DNA from: Laetmonice hystrix
Lineage: Eukaryota
Assembly: GCA_965235115.1 (NCBI GenBank)
Contig: OZ249436.1
Span: 8,742,001-8,806,000, forward strand
Direction of reading: 5' to 3'
DNA: 64,000 nt
Below the pieces are notes generated by a model. It ran no database searches and was not told the origin of the DNA. It worked only from the letters and a program-made list of their open reading frames with translations. The translations under genes and the position numbers were made by a program. Below, piece by piece: positions 25,195-34,441 of the stretch (positions are counted from its first letter, which is position 1; each line of letters starts with the position of its first letter).

Positions 25195-25227
25195 ACCCAC
25201 TCACCACGCACGTGCACCTAAAGTTAT

Positions 25228-26688
25228 ATGACTGAGGAAGCAACATTACCGTATCAACGTCAATACGAAGGTAGGAAACATCAACCACCTTACAGACTGA
25301 GGAAGTACGGTCTCCCTCAACTGGATAATATACCACCTACAAACCAACCAATCGCAGTCAACATGAACGATCAAGGAGAGGATGCTCCAGCAGACCCCCA
25401 AGATCAAGTAGCACAAAATGTCCCTGTAGACGAAGATCAGCCTCTCCAGGAAAACCAACAAGAAATGGTGCGAGCATTAAAAGAGCAGAACAAAGTGCTG
25501 CTGGATTCGGTGAAAAAGCAGGAGGAGTACATAAATATGGTACAGATGGTGATGGGTCGACAAACTGACTCAATGGACACTCTCATGTCTCTGGTTGCTA
25601 GACAAGTCGGCCAGCACAACAGCTCATCACCACAGCGGAATGAATCTGAGGGAGAAGCTAGTTTTGAAGCCGATGTGACACCCCCCAAGCCATTCAAGGG
25701 ACACGAGAAGGATGATCCGCAGACCTTTATGGACAGGCTTGAGCGTTATGCCAAATATAAATTCAGAAACAGCATGGTAGACTGGAAGGACAATATCATG
25801 ACCATCATCTGGACATACCTGAGTGACATGGCACTGTCATGGTATTCAAATCAGGACGAGCCATTCAGTGATTTCGAAGACTTCAAAGACAGATTCTTTG
25901 AACAGTATACAGGTGTTACAACAGAGCAGTGGGTCGATGAGGTATTGATCAAGATGAAGAGAGGAGAGACCCAGAACGCCTACATCTCCAGGTTTGAACA
26001 GATGGCAAAGAAGTTTGGCTACGTCGGCCAATGCAAGCTCGTTTTGTTCAGACTGAATATCCTCCCAGAATACAGAGCTGCCATTAGTACTAGGGACGTC
26101 AAGTCGTTCGAAGATGCTGTCCGTAAGGTGAGATCAATGTCCTCACATACGGACATGATTAGAACAGCAAAGCCAGATTCAGTAGTGACATTAGAAAACA
26201 AATTAGCTGAACTGGAGAAACTGGTAAAGAAACAAACCACAGATTCTACTGATCACAAGAACAAACAAGAACGCAACAACACTGGTAATGGACACGGCCT
26301 AGAGTCCCAGGACTCTAAAAGCAAACACACCCCTAACTACTGGAGAAGACAGGCCGTGGATAACAGCAGGGAGTCCCAACGCATGCAGGGTAAAGAGAGC
26401 ATCACGATGTCAAGATATGGAGACTCTCGCCCCTGCAATGTCTGCAAAAAGAGGGGGCATCTACCGAAGGACTGTTGGTGGGCTGAAGGGAATGCCCCTC
26501 CCTCACGCAAGGTGGACGGGCCGAAACATCAGCGAGTGCAGTACGTCTCTCACTACAGCGCCCAGCCTGCCCTGCCACGGCCACCACATGCTGACCACCG
26601 GACGGCCGACCCCAGGACCCCGGCCGCGGAGGCCATAAATGAGATTGCAAGTGCTCTAACAAAGCTGATGTCAGTGCAGGAAAACTAG
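25228..26688 (+). CDS. gag: Gag (486 aa): coiled coil, retrotransposon capsid-like region, CCHC zinc knuckle
   Basis: Intact ORF; FKGHEKDDPQTFMDRLERY capsid-like start; CNVCKKRGHLPKDC (CX2CX4HX4C) at 26434-26475; ends QEN*. Confidence 0.95.
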   Translation: MTEEATLPYQRQYEGRKHQPPYRLRKYGLPQLDNIPPTNQPIAVNMNDQGEDAPADPQDQVAQNVPVDEDQPLQENQQEMVRALKEQNKVLLDSVKKQEEYINMVQMVMGRQTDSMDTLMSLVARQVGQHNSSSPQRNESEGEASFEADVTPPKPFKGHEKDDPQTFMDRLERYAKYKFRNSMVDWKDNIMTIIWTYLSDMALSWYSNQDEPFSDFEDFKDRFFEQYTGVTTEQWVDEVLIKMKRGETQNAYISRFEQMAKKFGYVGQCKLVLFRLNILPEYRAAISTRDVKSFEDAVRKVRSMSSHTDMIRTAKPDSVVTLENKLAELEKLVKKQTTDSTDHKNKQERNNTGNGHGLESQDSKSKHTPNYWRRQAVDNSRESQRMQGKESITMSRYGDSRPCNVCKKRGHLPKDCWWAEGNAPPSRKVDGPKHQRVQYVSHYSAQPALPRPPHADHRTADPRTPAAEAINEIASALTKLMSVQEN

Positions 26689-26723
26689 GAAGGAATGTCC
26701 CTGTGGGAGTAGGAGACGTTCCT
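26679..26723 (+). promoter_or_regulatory. Predicted -1 ribosomal frameshift signal
   Basis: G_GAA_AAC (26679-26685) directly before the gag stop, 5-nt spacer, hairpin aggaatgtc (26691-26699)/gacgttcct (26715-26723); pol frame is -1 and open from 26643. Confidence 0.75.
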
Positions 26724-29700
26724 AGAACTGTTTTACCTGGTGCTGCGGTAAATGACGCGAAAGAACAGTCCATGGACAATCAGGTTGTAGAAACAAACAA
26801 TGACAATAGAGAGAAAATCAACCGAATCATCACTAGCCAGCAGAAAGAGGTGCACCCAGAGACGGCAGGTAGGGAAAACCTTCATTCACATATCTTGTCT
26901 GATGATAACTGCATTCAGGTGTTCATAGGTGATAGGAGTTGTGAAGCTTTGGTTGATACTGGTGCTACTAGTTCTGTTGTGGGTAGGAAGTTTTTCGACA
27001 CTCTAAAGGATACCAATCACATGTATTCGGTTTCCCCAACTCATTATCAATGTACCTTTGCGGGTGGAAACACAGTGGCAGCCGACTGTCAAATAAATAT
27101 GAAAATCAGTGTGGATGACCATGACATAGAACACACATTTCTTGTGTTGCCACATCTGACTACTGAAATGATACTCGGTAATGACTTTCTTAGAAAGTTT
27201 GGTGTCAGGATCGATTTTAACCGGGCTCAACCTGTCATACATGGGCCTCCTGACATTTCTTTGACACAGAATATCTGCATGCCCCCTCACTCTGAGGTTT
27301 GGACTACAGGAGAGCTAGGATCAGACATGAATCTCAACGGTTGGGAGGGGTTAGTGAACCCCTCTGCTCAAATGAAAAGACAGAAAATTCTTGTTGCCAA
27401 AGGGCTGATCAGAGTAAACGATGACAAGGTGTATATAAGGTTGTTAAATACAAACCCTAACTCCAAAACATTAAGGAAAGGGATAAAGTTAGGATTTCTC
27501 TCAGATTTGGAGTTGACACCACACATAAATGCCTGCGAGAGTGTGGAGACACAAACGGTTCAGTCACACACTGTTTATACTGATGAAACTAGCTGTGTTG
27601 ATACCATAGGTCAGACAGAAAGGTCAAGCAAACAGGTATCATTTCTCCCTGAAGTTGATTACTCAAAGTCCAGCATTTCAAAGGATCAGAGGGATGAAAT
27701 GAACGAGGTGTTAAGGCGAAATTGTCAGGCATTTGTGGGACCAGACGGTAAGTTAGGCCTTACTCATTTGTGTGAACATGAAATTGAGTTGGTTGTTAAT
27801 CCGAAGCCCACTCAGAAACTACCATATCGAGTGTCCCCAGAAGGTAGGAAAAGGCTAGAGAAGTGTGTGCAGGATCAACTAGCCTTAGGGTTGATAGAAG
27901 AAACAAATACTGGGCCCTGGGCTAGTCCAGCCTTTCTAGTCAAGAAAAGTGATGGAGGGGATCGCTTGGTGTGTGATTACAGAGGTCTGAACAAGGACAC
28001 TGTAGATCAATTTCTGAATGTTCCAAGAGTTGAGGATACGATTGATGCTGTAGGGGTGGTAAAGCCCAAATATATCACAGTTTGTGATGTCCAATCAGCT
28101 TTCCATCAGATACCAATCAGGGAATCAGATAGGGACAAGACTGCATTCATCACACCAAGTGGAAAATACAGGTACAAGGTGCTAAGTATGGGACTCAAAA
28201 ACGCCCCGAGGTCGTGTCAAGCCTTAATTGACATGATCATGAGAGGTGTGCAGTTTAAGAGTTGCCTAATTTACGTCGATGACGTCATAATTTATGCAAG
28301 AGAATGGGGTCATCACTTGCGAGATGTGGAGGAAGTGTTGCAGAGGTTTATACAAGCAGGGCTGAAACTGAAACCCAGCAAAACAAAAGTTGCATGCCAG
28401 GAAGTTGTCTATTTGGGCCATTTGCTTGGGGAGTATGGAATAAAGCCAAATCCAGACAAGATCAAAGCAATTCAGAATCTCCACCCACCGAAAAGTGTAA
28501 CAGGTGTTAGAAAGTTCCTAGGCATCACAGGTTACTACCGGAGATTTATTCCAAATTATGGAAAAATTGCCAATCCTCTGTACAACCTCACAAAAAGCGA
28601 CACTCCTTGGGAATGGACGGAAAAACAACAGAACGCGTTTGAAACCCTCCGGAGTGCACTGACTTCACAGACAATGCTCGTGTATCCTGACTTTGAGAAG
28701 AGGTTTATCCTCACCACTGATGGCTCTGGGGTCGGTATAGGGGCTTGTCTTTCTCAACTTGATCACAACATGAAGGAAATGCCTGTGGCTTTCCTCAGCA
28801 AGAAATTCAAAGAATGTCAAACCAGGTATAGTACCCTGGACATGGAGTTGCTAGCCATATGTGATGCTGTTGAACACTGGAAAGTATACCTATCAGGCAG
28901 GAGGTTTCTCATCAGAACTGATAATTCTGCTTTGAAGTATATTCTGGGTGACTCAGGAAAATTCACTCTAAGACAAAGTAAATGGAGAAGTTACCTGAAC
29001 CAGTTCCAGTTTGACATAGAACACATAAAAGGGAAAAGTAATGTGGTAGCTGACGGTTTGTCCAGGCCTGAAGCGGAAGATGTAGTTGAGACTATTTCAC
29101 CCAGCGTGGAAGACTACATCGAGAAATGCTTGGAGTTAAACCAAATCACAGGCTCTCACAAAGTGGTGGAAAGAGGTGTCAGGCTCATCACAATTAATGA
29201 GCCATACGAAGAATTCCACGAGGATGTGAACAAGTTAGAACAGAGCACTGACATAAATGATCAATCACGGGTCATTAACCCAGATGCAGCTGTGAAACTT
29301 GGTCAACTGAAGGGTCGCATATGTCCCAGTAATGTGAAGCGCAACCGATATGGTTCTAGATTGAGTGATCAGTACAGTCTCGCGTTTGAAGGAACAGGCA
29401 TCAGCGCTGATTGTGTGCGCCAAGCCCAATCTAGGGATGAGTTCTGCACTGACCTGGTCGCCTTTCTTGACAAGAGGGAGTTACCTGTTGATGAGGATAG
29501 AGCTAGAAGAGTAGTGATCATGGAAGAGAATTTTATCATGAATGATGGAATTCTCTACAACATTCACACTACCTTGGGTCCTAAAGCAGAGACTTATGCC
29601 AGACTTGTCATCCCTACTACCCTTAGAAGGGTTGTCCTTGAGGTTCACCATGATGCAGCCATAGGGGGTCATCTTAGTGCACAGAAGATGCTCAGTAGTA

Positions 29701-31154
29701 TGAGAACAAAATACTTCTGGACAGGTATGTGTCAAGATGTCAATAGTTACTGTAACTCGTGTGACCTCTGTGCTCAAACAAAGAGAATGACTCACCCTAT
29801 CAGGCCCCCTCTTACATTGAGAGATCCGAGCCCAAGACCTTGGGAGATTGTAAATATAGATGCTCTAGAAAGACTACCAAGATCCAGGAGAGGTAATCGG
29901 CACCTGATAGTGGTAGTGGATTATTACTCTCGATACGTTCTAGCCTATGCACTTCCAAGCCTTACAGCTAAGGCAGTAGCTACAAAGTTTTTCGACAATG
30001 TGATTTGTCAAGTTGGAGGTGTTCAGAGGATCGTCAGTGACAACGGGAAGTGTTTTACAGGGGAGGAATTCAGAGTCATGTGTGAGAAACTTAACATCAC
30101 CCAGGCATTTTCCTCTGTTGCTCACCCACAAACCTCTGGATTGGTGGAGAGAACAAACAGATCCCTTCTTAACATCTTCAGGAATTATGTAAACGAGAAG
30201 CAAAACAATTGGGATGAGGGTCTACCAGAACTGTTGTTTGCCCTGAACACAACAGAGGCGTATTCATTAGGAGTTACCCCTTTCCTCCTGTGCCATGGTT
30301 ATGATCCTGTAAATCCAGTGGAAACAAATGTAAAGTTAGATCTAGCAGGAGATGGAACTGTCGGGGACAGATTCACGGACATTCTCCAAAGACAGCGTAA
30401 CGCTCACGAACGTTCCAGAAACAAATTTGACAACACCCAGACAGGCATGAAGGCTAGGTATGATAAACATTCCCATGAGGTATCCCTTAATGAAGGAGAT
30501 CGGGTTTGGCTATTCTGGCCTAGAGTCAAGGATAATTCTACAAAACTGAAACTGGCTAAAGTTTTTCATGGTCCGTATGTAATTGTCTCTTTTCATACAG
30601 ATTCCACTGTGTGGCTCAAACATACTGTGACAGGCAAGTACATGACAAAACCAGTCACAGTTCACAGGCTGAAGAAAAGCACGGATAGAAAAACATTGCA
30701 GGACAAGTGGCCAGATTTTGACATTGGTTACGATGATCTGGAAGACTTGCAAGTGCAAGATCTACCCACTGACAGCTTTGTTCCAGATGTTCCAGACCAG
30801 TTCTCTGATGCGGAAAGTGTAGTTTCATCTGGGACAGAATATTCCGTTCACTCTGATAACGAGGTTGAGGATATTATCTCTGATAGTAGTGAGACAGTTC
30901 ACGTAAACACCCCTCTTAATGATATGCCTATGGCAAAGAAAACAAAGATGGGGCCTTTCTATCCCATAAAATCTGTCGACAGACTAAATAAAAGTGAGGG
31001 AGAGATTGTCATCCAGACACATTTTGAGGATAATGAGAAAATCTGGGTGCCAGAGTCTTTCCTCAATGAAGCCGCCAAAGAGAAGTATCTTGATGGGGTG
31101 AGCGACATTCCAGATGTACGATATAACCTCAGAAACCGACATGTAACAAAATAA
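26703..31154 (+). CDS. pol: Pol (~1480 aa, probably made as Gag-Pol fusion): protease, RT, RNase H, integrase, chromo-like tail
   Basis: ALVDTGATSS (protease); LVCDYRGLN and LIYVDDVII (RT, YVDD at 28272); LTTDGSGVGIG, ELLAI, TDNSAL, VADGLSR (RNase H); HHDAAIGGH..CNSC (HHCC); IDAL, VDYYSR, SDNG, GLVERTN (integrase core); HGPYVI (GPY/F). No internal stops. The listed start is a GTG, not the likely true start. Confidence 0.97.
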   Translation: MGVGDVPRTVLPGAAVNDAKEQSMDNQVVETNNDNREKINRIITSQQKEVHPETAGRENLHSHILSDDNCIQVFIGDRSCEALVDTGATSSVVGRKFFDTLKDTNHMYSVSPTHYQCTFAGGNTVAADCQINMKISVDDHDIEHTFLVLPHLTTEMILGNDFLRKFGVRIDFNRAQPVIHGPPDISLTQNICMPPHSEVWTTGELGSDMNLNGWEGLVNPSAQMKRQKILVAKGLIRVNDDKVYIRLLNTNPNSKTLRKGIKLGFLSDLELTPHINACESVETQTVQSHTVYTDETSCVDTIGQTERSSKQVSFLPEVDYSKSSISKDQRDEMNEVLRRNCQAFVGPDGKLGLTHLCEHEIELVVNPKPTQKLPYRVSPEGRKRLEKCVQDQLALGLIEETNTGPWASPAFLVKKSDGGDRLVCDYRGLNKDTVDQFLNVPRVEDTIDAVGVVKPKYITVCDVQSAFHQIPIRESDRDKTAFITPSGKYRYKVLSMGLKNAPRSCQALIDMIMRGVQFKSCLIYVDDVIIYAREWGHHLRDVEEVLQRFIQAGLKLKPSKTKVACQEVVYLGHLLGEYGIKPNPDKIKAIQNLHPPKSVTGVRKFLGITGYYRRFIPNYGKIANPLYNLTKSDTPWEWTEKQQNAFETLRSALTSQTMLVYPDFEKRFILTTDGSGVGIGACLSQLDHNMKEMPVAFLSKKFKECQTRYSTLDMELLAICDAVEHWKVYLSGRRFLIRTDNSALKYILGDSGKFTLRQSKWRSYLNQFQFDIEHIKGKSNVVADGLSRPEAEDVVETISPSVEDYIEKCLELNQITGSHKVVERGVRLITINEPYEEFHEDVNKLEQSTDINDQSRVINPDAAVKLGQLKGRICPSNVKRNRYGSRLSDQYSLAFEGTGISADCVRQAQSRDEFCTDLVAFLDKRELPVDEDRARRVVIMEENFIMNDGILYNIHTTLGPKAETYARLVIPTTLRRVVLEVHHDAAIGGHLSAQKMLSSMRTKYFWTGMCQDVNSYCNSCDLCAQTKRMTHPIRPPLTLRDPSPRPWEIVNIDALERLPRSRRGNRHLIVVVDYYSRYVLAYALPSLTAKAVATKFFDNVICQVGGVQRIVSDNGKCFTGEEFRVMCEKLNITQAFSSVAHPQTSGLVERTNRSLLNIFRNYVNEKQNNWDEGLPELLFALNTTEAYSLGVTPFLLCHGYDPVNPVETNVKLDLAGDGTVGDRFTDILQRQRNAHERSRNKFDNTQTGMKARYDKHSHEVSLNEGDRVWLFWPRVKDNSTKLKLAKVFHGPYVIVSFHTDSTVWLKHTVTGKYMTKPVTVHRLKKSTDRKTLQDKWPDFDIGYDDLEDLQVQDLPTDSFVPDVPDQFSDAESVVSSGTEYSVHSDNEVEDIISDSSETVHVNTPLNDMPMAKKTKMGPFYPIKSVDRLNKSEGEIVIQTHFEDNEKIWVPESFLNEAAKEKYLDGVSDIPDVRYNLRNRHVTK

Positions 31155-33730
31155 CTATGAAAGCCAATTAAGGCAGGAGATGAGACGGGCTATCTACCCG
31201 TAAAATATGTGTGTATACTTTTCTTTTGCCGTGCATGTTTTGGACGGTAGTGCATGAGTGCTGATTAGCGTCATTACCACACCACATCACACGGTGTTAA
31301 AGTGATTAAGAGAAGAGCAGTTGGACACGAGGGCCAGACCGTCAACAACCTTATCTCGACATACCGAGGTGATTTCTGGCCGAGGACGCTGCCCACGGGA
31401 TGGGAATAATCCAGCTGTGACTGTTATGAGGCGTGTCATCGCAAGCGGTAGCGATGACCACCCCAATGGCCCGTAAGCTATAAAGGGGTGCACACTTGCA
31501 TTCAATCAGGGGATACGGTATCGCCGGCGTTCAGGTCCGGTGATAACCATCGTATACGTGAAGTGGGCACAACCAATCGACCACCTGCCCCGCTCCTTTT
31601 CTTTGATGACCAAAGCCCCACTTATCACCCGTTACCCGTTACTGTTAATTAATCCAGGCCCTGCGATTAAGCTCGGATAAAGTAGACTAATTAAGATATA
31701 CATGGAGGGGACGCCACGGGCTTTGCCCCAACCCCCGATTTTTCCCGCCAATTATAGCCAACACGGCATATGGTGTGAGAAGCAGTACTTGTTGACTGGA
31801 GCAGTGACTTCGTAAAAGAATTAAGGTACACGATAAGATAACCAGGGAGAGTGTCCCTGAAGAGATAACTTTTGGAGAACCGTCTCAAACATTTCTACTC
31901 AGGTTATAATTGAGGCAGATATCCATAATAAGCATAATAAGTATAAGATAAGCCTCCTGACTTCACATGCGCCGCCAAATGAGTAAGTGATCTGAACCAG
32001 TTACCTTCAGGCACATGGGCCCTCCAGTGGGGCACTGGATGAAGTCTGGTTTAGTGATCTGTTAGTCTCAATAGGCCGGTGGAGCCAGAGGCGCTAAATG
32101 AAGTGGCATTTAGCCATTTAAGAGTCCAATATAACGTAACGGTGGAAACACTGCAGAGGGTCAGACCCACTGGTGACCGTTAAGGACCAGAACAAAAACA
32201 GCGTTGATACGGGAGAACTGATCACTCTTCATGCTATGCGCAATAATTATACATAGGACTGCCAAACAAAACAAAAAAACAGTCCAAGGCTGTCTTCATA
32301 ATTAAGGATTATGTTCATAAAGAACGAGGATGCCATCATCACAGGCCACAATATCACAAGGGTCTTTGGGGCCCACCCTTAGCCTTTGAACTTTGACCCC
32401 TATAGGTTTCTAAATTCGCATAAAGGACTCAGAAATAGACGATTTAGAAGGTAGTGATAATAATCTTGATGTTGTTCCGGATCTTTTGAGAGGTATGGAA
32501 TGCTGCAGGCCGGCTTTCTGCCCTCTGGAGTGATCCAGTGTGAGATTGACCGTGGGAACACATTACGTTTAGCGTCGGATCTCTGACGGGGGACGCCTTG
32601 TCAGTGGTTGGGCACATACATACTCCATGACTCCAGAAGTAAATAATTAACTACGCCTCTGTGATGCTAAGCGTTGGAATACAGTATATTGGCTCCGAAA
32701 TCCTATAATACAATTCAGCCTAATAAAATCAGAATCCGGCTCCTATCGCAAACGCGCGCAATCCGGATGATAACAACATGATTCAACAAACAAACAAACA
32801 AACAAAAAACAACAAAAGAATATTTGCGGTAGTGTACAACCTCTCATTAAAAGGGGAGGAGGGTATTATACTATAAAAAAAACTGATATAAAGCAGAACT
32901 CGGTATATGCACCAGACACTTAAATTAGGCTTCACAATCTTCTGTTGCCGTGTGGATGTTTGTCTGTGGTTGTTCTTGACAGGATGTGTTTGAAGAGTTC
33001 CCGAGATGGATTTAACAAAGAGCGGCAGAAGTTCAAGATTCGAGGTTGAAGCATCACTGAACTATACACAGACTATATACATAGGATTAATGATATTTAC
33101 TACGATGACATTTGATTAAAACTTGCGATAAACCTTATTTGTTGCACTGGATCAGCAGCAGCACGGATCCGATACTCCCAAAGTGTGGCTTATGGTTTTT
33201 CATTTGTTTATGAGACTATGTTCAAAGCATGTACATCTCTATTATCTTGTAGAGGATAAAAGTATGTATAGAGTAGTAAACCAAGCTATATTCATATCTT
33301 TAGGTTTGGTCATCTTCCTAGATTTAATTTCATATTATTTCGAAAGATGTCCTGGTGGAGAATTTCCTTTTTAAGCAGCCAAGTGCAAATTGAGGTATTG
33401 ATGATAAGAGACATTTGCTCGACATGTACAGTATTCTTAACTCGATATATACTGATAACCTGACGACAATTTCGTCGGCATTTATTTTAGAGTTTATTCT
33501 GTTGCAGAGAGGAAACATTAGGTGGACCTCTGTTTTGAATAATATGCTTTTGTCCATTTGTATGAAACAACTATTGATGTAAAGCAAGTAGCAGTTAAAG
33601 TCGACCTCCTCGACGTCCTCATTTTAAATAATCGATGTACCGATACTTTAACGTCTATTAAGGTTACCGTACTGAATTTTGATAGAGGTATATCATGGAT
33701 TAAAATAAACCAGTGGATGGTTTAGCCTTT

Positions 33731-33744
33731 AAAGCTGGAGAGGA
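33731..33744 (+). other. Polypurine tract
   Basis: aaagctggagagga abutting the 3' LTR TG. Confidence 0.75.
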
Positions 33745-34139
33745 TGATAACTATACATGTATATGTAATACTGTAAACCCTCATAGATGATAACTATTGA
33801 TGTAATGTTGTAAACCATCATCATTAATATGCATGATATCGGAGAAGTCTAACCAGCTCCCGCCAGCACACCACGTTAGCCAATCAGCAGGGGTGCTACT
33901 AATTAACACCAGAACCCCACGCGGGACAAGGAAGACGCGGGGGAGAGAGAGACATGTTGCGCTACGAGTAAGACGTGCAGAGTGCAGTGCTGGTGTGTGA
34001 GCTGGGTGCCTTGTGTACGACCTGAGTACCCAATAAAACTATAGATTCAAACTGCCAAGCTGTGGACTTTACCATTTGACGAGTTGAACTCCCTAGTAAC
34101 GAAGGCTTTTACAAACTACCACAACAAGAAACTTTAACA
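33745..34139 (+). repeat. 3' LTR (395 bp)
   Basis: No differences from the 5' LTR found by eye; AATAAA 34032-34037; followed by CTAG. Confidence 0.97.
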
Positions 34140-34441
34140 CTAGTCAATGATGATCCAGGGCTCATTGTGCAGTACTGACCGATCAATTATGATCCCGGGC
34201 TCATTGTGCAGTACTGACTGGTCAATGATGATTCAGGGCTCATTGTTCAGTACTGACCGTTCAATGATGATCCAGGGCACATTGTGCAGTACTGATTAGT
34301 CAATGATGATCCAGCGCTCATTGTGTTGACCGGTCAATGATGATCCAGGGCTCATTGTTTAGTACTGACTGGTCAATGATGATCCAGGCCTCATTGTGCA
34401 GTACTGACCGGTCAATGATGATCCAGGGCTCATTGTGCAGT
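34140..34441. repeat. 39-bp minisatellite, right part (~8 copies)
   Basis: Same unit as 23933-24778, continuing in register after the TSD (ctagtcaatgatgatccaggg). Confidence 0.95.

Larger units (their letters stand above)
24779..34139 (+). mobile_element. Full-length Ty3/Gypsy LTR retrotransposon (9361 bp)
   Basis: TG...CA 395-bp LTRs at both ends, 4-bp TSD CTAG (24775-24778, 34140-34143), gag then pol with PR-RT-RNaseH-IN order (Gypsy), purine tract before 3' LTR. Confidence 0.98.

Noticed and set aside
32311-32454. P450-like PLNFDPYRFL motif
   Set aside because: Flanked by stops with no downstream heme motif FxxGxRxCxG; probably chance.
33183-33374. Possible env remnant (hydrophobic stretch AIFISLGLVIFLDLISYYF)
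   Set aside because: Only 63 codons from a GTG in AT-rich DNA, with no signal peptide, ectodomain or upstream open frame.
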